Below, piece by piece: positions 18,371 to 27,614 of a DNA stretch of 64,000 nucleotides. Position 1 is the stretch's first letter. The number at the start of each line of letters is the position of its first letter. The DNA comes from an uncultured Candidatus Saccharibacteria bacterium (lineage in GTDB: Bacteria; Patescibacteriota; Doudnabacteria; UBA920). The position numbers and the translations under genes are program-made. A model generated the notes under the pieces. It saw only the letters and a program-made list of their open reading frames with translations, did no database searches and had not been told where the DNA came from. The stretch is from the NCBI GenBank assembly GCA_964504715.1, contig CAZDEP010000002.1, positions 21,434 to 85,433 of the forward strand. The letters run 5' to 3'.

Positions 18371-19408
18371 ATGGAAACTACCCCCTCCCCTACAAAGCCT
18401 AATATGAGCGGATTGCGCAAAGCCATTATGGACTTTTTGGAATACTGTGAAATCGGCAAAAACCAGAGCCGCAATACCATTGCGGCTTATTACCGCTACC
18501 TGGATAAATTTGAGCGCTTTGCCCAAGGCATTAAATTAAAAGATGCCAAAGACATTACCTTAGATGTAATTAACCGCTACCGGCTTTATTTAAACCGCCT
18601 GGAAGACGAAGACGGCCGGACACTTAAACTAATTACCCAAAACTACCATTTAATAGCCCTCAGGGCATTCTTAAAATACCTGACCAAGCAGGATGTTAAA
18701 ACCTTGTCCCCGGAAAAAATCGAATTGCCCAAAAACCCCCAACGGCAGGTGGAATTTTTGGAAAACGATGAACTGCAAAGGTTATTCGACGCCACCAACC
18801 AGGAAACGGACGAAACTTCCCGCTTAAGGGATTATGCGATTTTGCAGACTTTGTTTTCCACCGGCCTCCGCGTTTCCGAACTGGCTTCCCTCAAAAAGGA
18901 CAATATAAACCTCGAACGCCACGAATTTACCGTACGCGGCAAAGGCAGCAAGTTAAGGCTGGTGTTTTTAAGCGATACCGCGGCAGAAGCCATAAAAAAA
19001 TACCTGGCTAAACGCCGGGACAATAACAAGGCTTTGTTTATCGCCCATTCCAAAATCGGAGAATCAGTGGAAAAACAAATGGAAAGCCAACAGGCAACCT
19101 CTCCCCTTCCCTCCCCTCATAAGGGGAGGGTGGCCGAAGGCCGGGAGAGGTTGAGATTTTTTGGCCTGACTCCCCGCTCTATCCAACGGATTATTAAAAA
19201 ATATTGCCTGATTGCGGGGATCGTAAAAAAAGTGACCCCGCACACCCTCCGGCATTCCTTTGCGACGGACTTGCTGCAAAATGGCGCGGATATAAGGAGC
19301 GTGCAAACCCTTTTAGGCCACTCCTCCATAACCACAACCCAAATTTATACCCACATAACAAACCAGGGACTAAGGGACATTCATAAGAAATACCACAATA
19401 AGAAGTAA
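18371..19408 (+). CDS. Tyrosine site-specific recombinase (XerC/XerD-like)
   Basis: C-terminal HTLRHSFATDLLQNGADIRSVQTLLGHSSITTTQIYTHI (R..H..R..Y catalytic box); interrupted in-frame by palindromic element E (ATSPLPSPHKGRVAEGRERLRFF). Confidence 0.8.
   Translation: METTPSPTKPNMSGLRKAIMDFLEYCEIGKNQSRNTIAAYYRYLDKFERFAQGIKLKDAKDITLDVINRYRLYLNRLEDEDGRTLKLITQNYHLIALRAFLKYLTKQDVKTLSPEKIELPKNPQRQVEFLENDELQRLFDATNQETDETSRLRDYAILQTLFSTGLRVSELASLKKDNINLERHEFTVRGKGSKLRLVFLSDTAAEAIKKYLAKRRDNNKALFIAHSKIGESVEKQMESQQATSPLPSPHKGRVAEGRERLRFFGLTPRSIQRIIKKYCLIAGIVKKVTPHTLRHSFATDLLQNGADIRSVQTLLGHSSITTTQIYTHITNQGLRDIHKKYHNKK
19095..19153. repeat. Family-1 nested palindromic element (copy E), in-frame in the xerC-like CDS
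   Basis: caacctctccccttccctcccctcataaggggagggtggccgaaggccgggagaggttg. Confidence 0.85.
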
Positions 19409-19536
19409 GAGGTATGAAGCAAGAATTAAGGTTAAGACAAATCAAAAAGCCTACGTACATCTACGTAGGCTTTTTCAATTTCTGCGCCTCATGTTTTTCC
19501 CTTAATTCTTAATACTTAATTCTTACTTCTTGCTTC
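19399..19536. repeat. Inverted pair of family-2-related A/G-rich repeats flanking the 19444..19476 terminator
   Basis: aagaagtaagaggtatgaagcaagaattaagg (19399..19436) vs ccttaattcttaatacttaattcttacttcttgcttca (19499..19536). Confidence 0.55.
19444..19476. terminator. Bidirectional rho-independent terminator between convergent genes
   Basis: aaaaagcctacgta-catc-tacgtaggcttttt perfect hairpin with A/T runs on both sides; flanked by inverted family-2 repeats (19399..19436 and 19499..19536). Confidence 0.6.
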
Positions 19537-19720
19537 ACACGTACCATTTATAGTCGCTCATGGCTCGCATGGCTTCTTCCATGTCGACCTGGTACTCTGC
19601 CTGGGTTTCCTTGCTATAGACAGTCAGCGGTATTTGGCAGTAGGGACACACTCCCGCTTTTTCCCTGGAAAACCCGCAACTGTCGCACATATACATGTAA
19701 AAATTTTGCATATTTATCAC
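19535..19720 (-). CDS. small zinc-ribbon protein (61 aa)
   Basis: CDSCG...CPYC four-Cys pattern. Confidence 0.35.
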   Translation of the reverse strand: MINMQNFYMYMCDSCGFSREKAGVCPYCQIPLTVYSKETQAEYQVDMEEAMRAMSDYKWYV

Positions 19721-20037
19721 CTCTTTCCCACAAAATTAATAATTATAGCGGGAAATCCTCCGAAGCTTTAGCGTAGGAGGACTACCCTACTAAAGCTGGT
19801 GATGCAAACCGACAAAATATTCCCTTATTCATACAACTTATCCATAAAACGAAATAAATAAAGCTTCGTTTCAGTCGTATGATTATGCAGTTGTTAAAGA
19901 ACTCCCCCTACTTTCGGTTTATTCCGATTTAAGATTTTTGTCAAGCATGTTTTCCACTTACAAAAAAACGCGCCTTTAGCGCTTTTAAGATGAACTCAAT
20001 TTTCAAATATTGGCCGAAGGCCACGAGCGAAGTCGAG

Positions 20038-20112
20038 TGGTGGTCCCGGTAGGAATCGAACCTACATCAATGCCTTAGAAGAGCACTGCTCTATCCATTG
20101 AGCTACAGGACC
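20038..20112 (-). tRNA. tRNA-Arg (anticodon TCT)
   Basis: Hand-folded: GGTCCTG-TA-GCTC/AATGGAT/AGAGC-A-GTGCT/CTTCTAA/GGCAT-...-TTCGATT T-loop-CGGGACC-ACCA; CCA is encoded. Confidence 0.8.
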
Positions 20113-20131
20113 CTGATTTTTTACTTTCACC

Positions 20132-20208
20132 TGGTGACCCCGGCAGGAGTTGAACCTGCGACCTCAAGCTCCGCAAGCTTGCGCTCTATCCAACTGAGCT
20201 ACGGGGCC
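20132..20208 (-). tRNA. tRNA-Arg (anticodon GCG)
   Basis: Hand-folded: GGCCCCG-TA-GCTC/AGTTGGATA/GAGC-G-CAAGC/TTGCGGA/GCTTG-AGGTC-GCAGG/TTCAACT/CCTGC-CGGGGTC-ACCA; 34-36 = GCG with G37. Confidence 0.7.
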
Positions 20209-20334
20209 AAAAGGTGGAAGTAAAAAATTGCCCTAATATTCTTATTTGTGTCGGCATTAATTTTGCCGCGCCAATATGCCAGCCAATTAACTTTTGTGAT
20301 TTTACCATATAATCAAACAATTTTCAATCTGTTT

Positions 20335-21246
20335 TTACTTAGTAAATCTTGCAAAAAAATAGCTGGTCACGTCCGTATTGTCCAAATTCCCCGACAATAT
20401 GGCCTGGTTGGTATTGGTATATTCCATTTTTTTAGCATTCCTTAATTCGAGGAATTTTAAAAAGGCAACAATGGAAGGCGGACTGTCCATTTCTTCGGGA
20501 GTTCTTTTGCCAATTGCCTCATAGTCAAAACCTTCCAGCATTTTTAAAGTTTGCTTGTCCTGGCTTTGGGCCACGGCATTGGTAACATGGTGCGAGAAAT
20601 CCACGCTGGCAATAACCAGGCTGTCTTCGGGCAAAAGCCGGTTTAGCGCTTGGGCCAGAGTTTGCGCCTCAAGAAGCGAATAATTCCGCTTTATGACAAT
20701 GGGTAAAAACTTCGCTTCGGGAAATTGGTGCTTTATAAAACCCACGAGCACGGAAATTGAATGTTCGCGCTCAAAGGTGGTTTCCTCGTTTTTTACCAGG
20801 CCCGTAGCCAATAATTTTTCGTACAATTCTTTGTCTGTTGCCAAATCCCCCCACGGGGTTTTATAAGACCAGCCGGAAATTTGCGCGCGCGCAGTGCCTG
20901 CGCCAAAATGGTTCGGCCCAATAACAACAATGGTTTTAGGATTTTGGGCGCCCAAAGCCTGGAAAAGCCAGGCAATTTGCCTTTCCGCGTAAAAATGGTG
21001 CGAAACTATGGCGCCAAAGACCTTTTGGGGGGTTGTTTCCACTTTGTCCGGCTTTAGGATCCCACTGTAAAATTCACTTTGCATAAAGTTCGCAAAGTGG
21101 AAATTCTTTTGATCCGGCTCTTTTACTTGGGTGCTGTGAGGCAAAGTCCTAAAGATGGCCAAATACCCAACAGCCAGCGCCAATGCAACTACCAAAAAAA
21201 ATAAAACAAATTTTTTTTTCATTACCTCAAAACCGCCCCGCCCCAT
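20335..21246 (-). CDS. MEMO1 / AmmeMemoRadiSam system protein B family
   Basis: GAIVSHHFY...GPNHFG...SVDFSHH metal-ligand pattern of the MEMO/UPF0103 family; the probable true start is MKKKF at 21222 (signal/TM). Confidence 0.65.
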   Translation of the reverse strand: MGRGGFEVMKKKFVLFFLVVALALAVGYLAIFRTLPHSTQVKEPDQKNFHFANFMQSEFYSGILKPDKVETTPQKVFGAIVSHHFYAERQIAWLFQALGAQNPKTIVVIGPNHFGAGTARAQISGWSYKTPWGDLATDKELYEKLLATGLVKNEETTFEREHSISVLVGFIKHQFPEAKFLPIVIKRNYSLLEAQTLAQALNRLLPEDSLVIASVDFSHHVTNAVAQSQDKQTLKMLEGFDYEAIGKRTPEEMDSPPSIVAFLKFLELRNAKKMEYTNTNQAILSGNLDNTDVTSYFFARFTK

Positions 21247-22883
21247 TCAACCAGTGTAAAGCCGCTCCGGGCCAAAGGCTGCGGCAATTCCTGCTCGGGA
21301 ATATTTTCGTAAGCGTCCAGGCCTTTGGCTGTCATCATTACCCGAATTACGCTCGTAGGCTCGACGGACAAATCAAGAGGCGCTATTTCATCCATCTGCT
21401 CTTTTTTCAAAAAAGTAATTTTGTAATAAGGCTTGTGAAGACCCTTTAGCCTGGGCAGCCAATAAGCGTTAAAATCTTCCGCTTCCCTGCCGCGAAGGCC
21501 AAGCAAAGACAATTTGGCTTTCAAAAAGCCTTCCAAATCTTTTTGTGAGACTACAAATCCGCTGTCTTGGGCGGGATAATTAAGGCCTATGCCTTCCCAG
21601 AACAAATAAGGATAACTCAACCCATCGGCCAAATTTTTTATAGTGCCGTCGGGATGGGCCACTACCTGCCAGCCGTTCTTATAATCCGGTTTGGTGTAGG
21701 TAAATCCGCCATTGGGATAAACTTTTACGGAAAGCTCGGTCTCTTTTTGAGGATATAAATAAATTACCGGCTTGCACATTTCGGCAGCAATCTGGAAACG
21801 GTCGTTCTTAAATTCTATCCAGCGCCCTATTGGGTCTTTCCAGTAAAGCAGTGGACGATAAGATAAAAACTGTTCGTAAGTGTACTTGCTTTTTGAGGTC
21901 CGCTCCCAGGAGCCCTGATCACTGTAGTAAGGAATGGTATTTTCGTCGTTATATAATTCTTTAAGCGCCGGATCCTGGGGGTCTTTTAAGCCGTACAAAG
22001 TTTCGCCGTTTGAAGTCTTGCCCACTTCCATCAGCCTTTGGGAAGGCTTTAATTCGCTCTCTTCCATTCGGGCTAAATACATGCAAAGTGCTCCGCAACC
22101 GGTAATACGGGTATAAGTGTACGGGTCCTGGCTTTGTGTATTGTCATTAAATGTCGCTTTCAAACTCCTGGCTTCCTTGTTTACGAACGGCAAAACCAGA
22201 TCATAGGAAATGGCGGTATGGTCGGGCAATTCTACTATAAAACACCCGTCCTGAGTCAAATAAACATCCCCCAAAGTCGGATGGGTAAACATTTTTCTTT
22301 CTATTCCGGGTTTTAACTGGCTGAAATATTCGTTCGCCACCCAATTTTTTTTGAGCTTATAAGCAGTGCCCGGCAAATCTATTTGTTCGGGTATGTCGTG
22401 TATTCCGTGTATCAATATATTTTTGTCCTGAAGATACACAGGCCTGTTTTCCTGCATAACAAAATGCTTATACTCCGTGCCAAGCCCGGGAATTATCTGC
22501 ATAAACAAATCCTGTCCCTTAAATTCCCCGCTCGTCACCTTCCCCACTTTGTATTCCTCTGTGGGATTCTGGGGATCTTGAACAGGGATAATGGAAGAAG
22601 GTTCCCACTTGGCCAACCAATCCACGGTAATATAACCTTCCTGGGGTACGTTTTGGGAGTCGTCCTTAACCTGGTCGGGCGTGGAGGAACTCTGTTCAGA
22701 AGGTGTTTGTCCGCCCGGCAGGTTAGGATTTTGATTTAACTGGCTCCTTTGTTTGAGCAAAAACCCTATTACTACCAAAAGCACGACAACAATTCCCGCT
22801 AAAACCGTGCTGATTATTAGGGGGACTTTTGGCCCCGGGCCTTGCGGCTGGGGAACGGGCGCCTGCGTTTGTGGATCGTTCAT
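21222..22883 (-). CDS. hypothetical single-pass membrane protein with a large extracytoplasmic domain (553 aa)
   Basis: One N-terminal TM (IISTVLAGIVVVLLVVIGFLL) followed by about 500 aa with no recognised domain. Confidence 0.5.
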   Translation of the reverse strand: MNDPQTQAPVPQPQGPGPKVPLIISTVLAGIVVVLLVVIGFLLKQRSQLNQNPNLPGGQTPSEQSSSTPDQVKDDSQNVPQEGYITVDWLAKWEPSSIIPVQDPQNPTEEYKVGKVTSGEFKGQDLFMQIIPGLGTEYKHFVMQENRPVYLQDKNILIHGIHDIPEQIDLPGTAYKLKKNWVANEYFSQLKPGIERKMFTHPTLGDVYLTQDGCFIVELPDHTAISYDLVLPFVNKEARSLKATFNDNTQSQDPYTYTRITGCGALCMYLARMEESELKPSQRLMEVGKTSNGETLYGLKDPQDPALKELYNDENTIPYYSDQGSWERTSKSKYTYEQFLSYRPLLYWKDPIGRWIEFKNDRFQIAAEMCKPVIYLYPQKETELSVKVYPNGGFTYTKPDYKNGWQVVAHPDGTIKNLADGLSYPYLFWEGIGLNYPAQDSGFVVSQKDLEGFLKAKLSLLGLRGREAEDFNAYWLPRLKGLHKPYYKITFLKKEQMDEIAPLDLSVEPTSVIRVMMTAKGLDAYENIPEQELPQPLARSGFTLVEWGGAVLR

Positions 22884-22970
22884 AAGTATAATTGATAATA
22901 TTTTTCCTACGGATTAAGTATATCCCAATAATGGCTTTTCACAAAGCAAAAAAACCGCTACTATACCTGC

Positions 22971-23672
22971 ATGGAAAGAGTCCAAAAGTTCATATCCGGT
23001 TCCGGAGTCGCTTCGAGGCGCAAGGCGGAAGAATTTATAAATTCCGGCCAGGTTTTTATTAATGGCAAAAAAGCACGCTTAGGCGACAAGGTGGACCCAC
23101 AAAAAGATGTAGTTAAAGTTTACGGCAAAATAGTAAAACCTGCGGAAGGGAAACTCTACATAATGCTCAATAAGCCCAAAGGCTGTGTGGTTTCCAAAAA
23201 AGACCCGCAAGGCAGGAAAACCGTTTTTAGCCTTTTGCCGGAAGATTTGCGCGGGCGGGTATGGAACGTCGGGCGTCTGGATTACGGCACCGAAGGCCTT
23301 TTAATTTTAACCAACGACGGCGAACTTACCCAAGAACTGGCCCACCCTAAATTTGAGCACGAAAAAGAATACGAAGTGCTTACCCAAGAAGCGCCTACCG
23401 ACTCCCAGCTGGAAGAGCTTAGACACGGGGTGGAAATCGCGACCGGACCGACCTCGCCCGCGCAAGTCAAAACCCGGGCGGATAAAGTCCTCATAACCAT
23501 TCATGAAGGCAAAAAACGGCAAGTAAGAAGAATGTTTGAAGCCGTTGGTATGACCGTAAAAAACTTAAAGCGCATCCGCATAGGCAAGCTTTTATTACCC
23601 GCCGATTTGCCTGCCGGACAATACCGCATGGTTGATAAGGAAGATATATTAAATATCCAAAAGGATGAGTAA
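22971..23672 (+). CDS. Pseudouridine synthase, RsuA/RluB family
   Basis: S4 domain (ASRRKAEEFINSGQVFING) plus the GRLDYGTEGLLILTNDG catalytic Asp motif. Confidence 0.85.
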   Translation: MERVQKFISGSGVASRRKAEEFINSGQVFINGKKARLGDKVDPQKDVVKVYGKIVKPAEGKLYIMLNKPKGCVVSKKDPQGRKTVFSLLPEDLRGRVWNVGRLDYGTEGLLILTNDGELTQELAHPKFEHEKEYEVLTQEAPTDSQLEELRHGVEIATGPTSPAQVKTRADKVLITIHEGKKRQVRRMFEAVGMTVKNLKRIRIGKLLLPADLPAGQYRMVDKEDILNIQKDE

Positions 23673-24447
23673 GCGAAAAATTAAAATAATAATTTTCCTT
23701 AGTCTTGCGATAATTTTAACGATTATCGCTTTGCTTTTAATTAAACAAAAATACCAAACCACTTTTGTTGATGAACCAAAAATGAACCCGGCAAAAACTA
23801 TGACTTTGCCTTCGGAAACTGCCCCAACATCTTCCCCCGCTACCGGCTACGAGCTACCTACTACCCTCCTTCTCCCCGTCCCCTTCACCCCCCAGGCGCC
23901 CACGGCCAACTGGGACAAGCTCCATAACGAGGCCTGCGAAGAAGCCAGCGCTATTATGGCCGCTTTTTATTTCTCCCCTTCTAAAATAGGAACGGATAAA
24001 GGGATGGTGTTAGATCCAAAAACCGTGGAATCCGAAATCCAAAAACTTACCGAGTGGCAGCAGCAAAATTTTGGCTATCATTTAAGCATAAACACGGCCG
24101 AAACCGAAAAAATGGCACAGGAAGTCTACGGCCTTAAAACCCAAATTATAAACGATTTTACTGAAAATGACATAAAAAAAGCCCTCACCGAGGGCAAACT
24201 GGTATTATTCCCCGCAAACGGCCGGCTTTTATACAATCCGAATTTTAAAAGCCCGGGGCCAAAATACCATATGCTGGTAATAAAAGGCTATACCCAAGAA
24301 AATTTTATAACCAATGATCCCGGAACAAAAAAAGGCCTTAACTACCCCTATAGTTTTGAAACTCTTTACAGCGCCAACGGTAACTACGACCATACCACCG
24401 AAGAAGTAGATACAACACGTAAGAATGTAATAGTAATCTGGAAATAG
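23665..24447 (+). CDS. membrane-anchored papain-like cysteine peptidase (C39-like / Peptidase_C39_2-type)
   Basis: N-terminal TM; PQAPTANWDKLHNEACEEASAIMAAFYF (Gln...Cys nucleophile context) and a later His in HMLVIKGY. Confidence 0.5.
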   Translation: MSKRKIKIIIFLSLAIILTIIALLLIKQKYQTTFVDEPKMNPAKTMTLPSETAPTSSPATGYELPTTLLLPVPFTPQAPTANWDKLHNEACEEASAIMAAFYFSPSKIGTDKGMVLDPKTVESEIQKLTEWQQQNFGYHLSINTAETEKMAQEVYGLKTQIINDFTENDIKKALTEGKLVLFPANGRLLYNPNFKSPGPKYHMLVIKGYTQENFITNDPGTKKGLNYPYSFETLYSANGNYDHTTEEVDTTRKNVIVIWK

Positions 24448-24451
24448 CAAT

Positions 24452-24488
24452 ATGACGGTCTTCTTGCAACAGCCAAGAAGACCGTCAT
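24452..24488. terminator. Perfect 15-bp-stem hairpin terminator (family-3 repeat copy) between convergent genes
   Basis: atgacggtcttcttg-caacagc-caagaagaccgtcat followed by atttttttgtg. Confidence 0.65.
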
Positions 24489-24501
24489 ATTTTTTTGTGT
24501 C

Positions 24502-25515
24502 TTATTTCCAGGTCAGCTCCACCATAAAATCCAAATATTTTTTGGAAATTTGTTCGAGCTCGGCTTCCGAAAAAGAAGAGGTGGGACTGCTTAAAATTAC
24601 ATCCTCTAAACCCAACCCGTCTAAAATCCTTTGCTTGGGAACCGATTCTTCAGTGGCAGACTTAATGGCTTTAATAATGCGCAACTGGCAATTTTCGCGC
24701 GCCAGCTGCAAATCCTCGGTCTTGTCCCTTTGGCTGTCTAAAAGGCTAACAACCTCCGGTTCCCGGCTAACCGCCCTGTCTTTTGAGCGGTTATTTTTAT
24801 GGTTGCCGTTTCTTTTTTTCAAATACTGCCTGTATTCGGCAAAAGCCGCGTTTTTTTCCACAATGAGCTGTTTTAGGGTAGTCTGGATGCGCTCCTCGCT
24901 GCCGTCCTTTAAAACTTCAAACAATTTTTTTAAAGTAATAGGTTCCCCCGCGACCACTTTTCCGTCCTTAATCCGCGCGTTATAAATAACGGTTTCTTCG
25001 CTTATGATGTTTTCCTTAAGCAAATGCGCGTAATCCCGCTGGCACTGCTTGCAGGAATAAACCACGTCGTGGTCATAAGTATCCACTTCCCCGGTATTCA
25101 TGGGCTGTGACACCGTTACAATTGCCGCAATCGGACCCGTATCTTCTTTTTCCTCGCCCGGGGAATGGATTTTGCCTTCATGCTCTATTCCGATCAAATT
25201 TTCCAGGGCGTTCATTTCCGCGCACTTCCTGTCCGGATACGGCAGCATTTCGCCTTGCACCGGTTTGGAATTGGCGCCGGTATAAATGGCGGGATTTGAT
25301 ATGTCCAAATCTTTTCCAATGGCCAGTATCGCACAGCCAACATGCATTTTGGGGTTTCGATTTTCGTCGTCCCAATGCACTCCCCGCTTTTCCGCTTCAA
25401 TGGCCGCGCTTACCATAGCGGCCTTGTTGCCCTCAAACATACGCATAAAAGACGCACTTACTTCGGGTGACAAGTGAGTTTCAGGAAATTTGATTTGTTC
25501 CAAACGCTCCAACAT
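24502..25515 (-). CDS. Cytidine/deoxycytidylate-deaminase-fold protein with a ~140-aa C-terminal extension
   Basis: VGCAILA..., RKCAEMNALENL (CAE zinc motif) and YSCKQCQRDY (PCxxC-like), ending in a LKKLF-like C-term of the CDA core, followed by a charged low-complexity tail. Confidence 0.55.
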   Translation of the reverse strand: MLERLEQIKFPETHLSPEVSASFMRMFEGNKAAMVSAAIEAEKRGVHWDDENRNPKMHVGCAILAIGKDLDISNPAIYTGANSKPVQGEMLPYPDRKCAEMNALENLIGIEHEGKIHSPGEEKEDTGPIAAIVTVSQPMNTGEVDTYDHDVVYSCKQCQRDYAHLLKENIISEETVIYNARIKDGKVVAGEPITLKKLFEVLKDGSEERIQTTLKQLIVEKNAAFAEYRQYLKKRNGNHKNNRSKDRAVSREPEVVSLLDSQRDKTEDLQLARENCQLRIIKAIKSATEESVPKQRILDGLGLEDVILSSPTSSFSEAELEQISKKYLDFMVELTWK

Positions 25516-25535
25516 ACAAACTTAATTACTTACTA

Positions 25536-25643
25536 CTAGTACCGTTTCATTTTAATTATGTCGATTGTCAGATTTTCAAACTCCTCTAAAATCAATTAAT
25601 TTAAGGGCTATTGGCCGTCAGGTTTAAAATGAAACGGCACTAG
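25536..25643. repeat. 19-bp inverted repeat (1 mismatch) enclosing ~70 bp (MITE-like or structured RNA candidate)
   Basis: ctagtaccgtttcatttta (25536..25554) vs taaaatgaaacggcactag (25625..25643). Confidence 0.4.
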
Positions 25644-25659
25644 CTACCTGCTCCTTGCC

Positions 25660-27495
25660 CTATTGCTCTCCCACCTGCTGTCTCCACATAGCATAATACA
25701 AACCCTTTTGTTCAAGCAAGTTTTGATGCGCGCCCTGTTCCGTAATTTTGCCTTTTTCCAAAACATAAATACGGTCAGCGTGCATAATAGTAGACAAACG
25801 ATGCGCTATAAGCACAGTAATCTGTTTGCTGTTTTTGGACAACTCGCGGATAGTGGAAGTAATCTGCTCTTCGGTTAGGGAATCGAGGCTGCTGGTGGCT
25901 TCATCAAAAACCAAAAGCGAAGGATTCCTTAAAAGCGCGCGCGCAATGGAAAGGCGCTGTTTTTCCCCGCCCGAAAGCTTTACCCCGCCCTCGCCAATTA
26001 CGGTGTCTAAACCCTGAGCCGCCCTCTGCATTAGGCTTTGCGCCGCCGATTGGTTCAAAACCGACCACAATTCTTCGTCCGACGCTTCCGGCTTTACAAA
26101 CCTCAAATTATCCCGGATAGTACCGGAAAAAACCTGGGTGTCTTGTGTAACCAAGCCTATTTGGGACCTTAATTCTTCCAAATCCGCATTTCGGAGCTCC
26201 ACGGAATTGTAATGGATTTTTCCGTTTTGGGGGCGATACAGCCCGACCAAAAGCTTAACCAGCGTGGTTTTGCCGCTGCCCGACGGGCCCACAAACGCCA
26301 CCGTATCGCCCTTTTTGGCGTTAAAACTCACCTCTGCCACGGCATGCCGCTGGCCCGAAAGATGTTTAAAGCTCACGCTGTCAAAACTTAAGGCTTCCAA
26401 AACGCCCAAGGGTTGCCTGTTGGCCGCCTTCGGCTCTTTTGGGGTGGCCAGTATGGTTTTAAAATTATCCAAAGATGCCTGCGACTCGCGGTAAGTATTT
26501 ATGACATTGCCCAATTCCTGCAACGGATTGAACAAAAAGAATGAATAGATATAGAGGGAAAAAAACTCACCCAAACTGATGGTCCGGGCGAAAACCAAAT
26601 ACATCATTACAAAAAGCATTATTGTCCTTAAGGTATTTACAACGGTCCCCTGGACAAAACTCAAAGACCGGACATATTTTACTTTCTCCAGCTCCAATTT
26701 TAAAATTTCGCGCGTTGTGTCGTTTAAACGCTTTATTTCCTGCCCCGAAAGGCCCATGGCCTTTACCAGTTCAATGTTACGGAGGGATTCCGTAGTGGAG
26801 CCGGCAAGCTCCGTGGTCGCCTTTACAATGCGGACCTGGACGGCTTTAATTTTCCCGCTCAAGAGCCAGGAAGCCAAAGCCAGCAAAGGCACCATTGCTA
26901 TGTACACCAGGGCAATTACCCAGCTGACAAAGAAAGCGTAAATAATTACGAACCCGAATCCTATCAGCGAAAAAAAGACAACATTCACAAAACCCGTAAC
27001 CAGTTTTTCCACGTCCGACCTCACCCTTTGCAATTTTTCCAGCGTCTCCCCGCTGCGTTGGTCTTCAAACACCTGATAAGGCAACTGCAAACTGTGGGCC
27101 AGCCCGTCGGTATACATTTTCGCCCCGAGTTTTTGAGTGACCGTATTTACAAAATAATCCTGGAAATTCTTGGCTACGCGGGAAACCAGGGCCGTGCCCA
27201 TAGACAACAAAAGCAGGGTTCCCACTCCTCTAAAAAATTCATTCCTGCCCAACTCCCCGAATTTCGTAACATAATTGTCCAGTACCAGGCGGAAAATATA
27301 AGGGTCCAAAAGCGAAAACACCTGGTTGACCGCAGCCAAAAACAGGGCCAGGGCCAGTAATTTCCAGTATTTTTTTAAATATGAAAATAAAATATTCATA
27401 AATTTTTTGATAATCGGCGGCGCTGCGCGCCTGCCTGCCGCCTGCCTGCCGGTAGGCAGGGCAGGTAGGGATCCTCCAACTGTGTTCGCACGCAC
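25660..27495 (-). CDS. ABC transporter, fused permease/ATP-binding exporter (MsbA-like)
   Basis: Six TM helices plus GPSGSGKTT (Walker A), LSGGEKQRLSIARAL (signature) and LLVFDEATSSLD (Walker B); the likely true start is MNILFSY at ~27399, with a GC-rich palindrome (cctgcctgccgg-ta-ggcagggcagg) in the leader. Confidence 0.85.
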   Translation of the reverse strand: MRANTVGGSLPALPTGRQAAGRRAAPPIIKKFMNILFSYLKKYWKLLALALFLAAVNQVFSLLDPYIFRLVLDNYVTKFGELGRNEFFRGVGTLLLLSMGTALVSRVAKNFQDYFVNTVTQKLGAKMYTDGLAHSLQLPYQVFEDQRSGETLEKLQRVRSDVEKLVTGFVNVVFFSLIGFGFVIIYAFFVSWVIALVYIAMVPLLALASWLLSGKIKAVQVRIVKATTELAGSTTESLRNIELVKAMGLSGQEIKRLNDTTREILKLELEKVKYVRSLSFVQGTVVNTLRTIMLFVMMYLVFARTISLGEFFSLYIYSFFLFNPLQELGNVINTYRESQASLDNFKTILATPKEPKAANRQPLGVLEALSFDSVSFKHLSGQRHAVAEVSFNAKKGDTVAFVGPSGSGKTTLVKLLVGLYRPQNGKIHYNSVELRNADLEELRSQIGLVTQDTQVFSGTIRDNLRFVKPEASDEELWSVLNQSAAQSLMQRAAQGLDTVIGEGGVKLSGGEKQRLSIARALLRNPSLLVFDEATSSLDSLTEEQITSTIRELSKNSKQITVLIAHRLSTIMHADRIYVLEKGKITEQGAHQNLLEQKGLYYAMWRQQVGEQ

Positions 27496-27614
27496 CCACC
27501 TAACCCCAATGCGTATCAGCAGTACAAAACGGGCGGATTAAATAACGCATAACGCCGCCGTAAAACGATACGCGCGGCGCTGACGTATAACATTACAAAA
27601 AACTACTATCCGCC

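Noticed and set aside
18173-18526. 117-aa minus-strand ORF overlapping the xerC-like start
   Set aside because: It overlaps the well-supported recombinase N-terminus and the divergent promoter region; Cys-rich composition is not paralleled by any motif; likely spurious.
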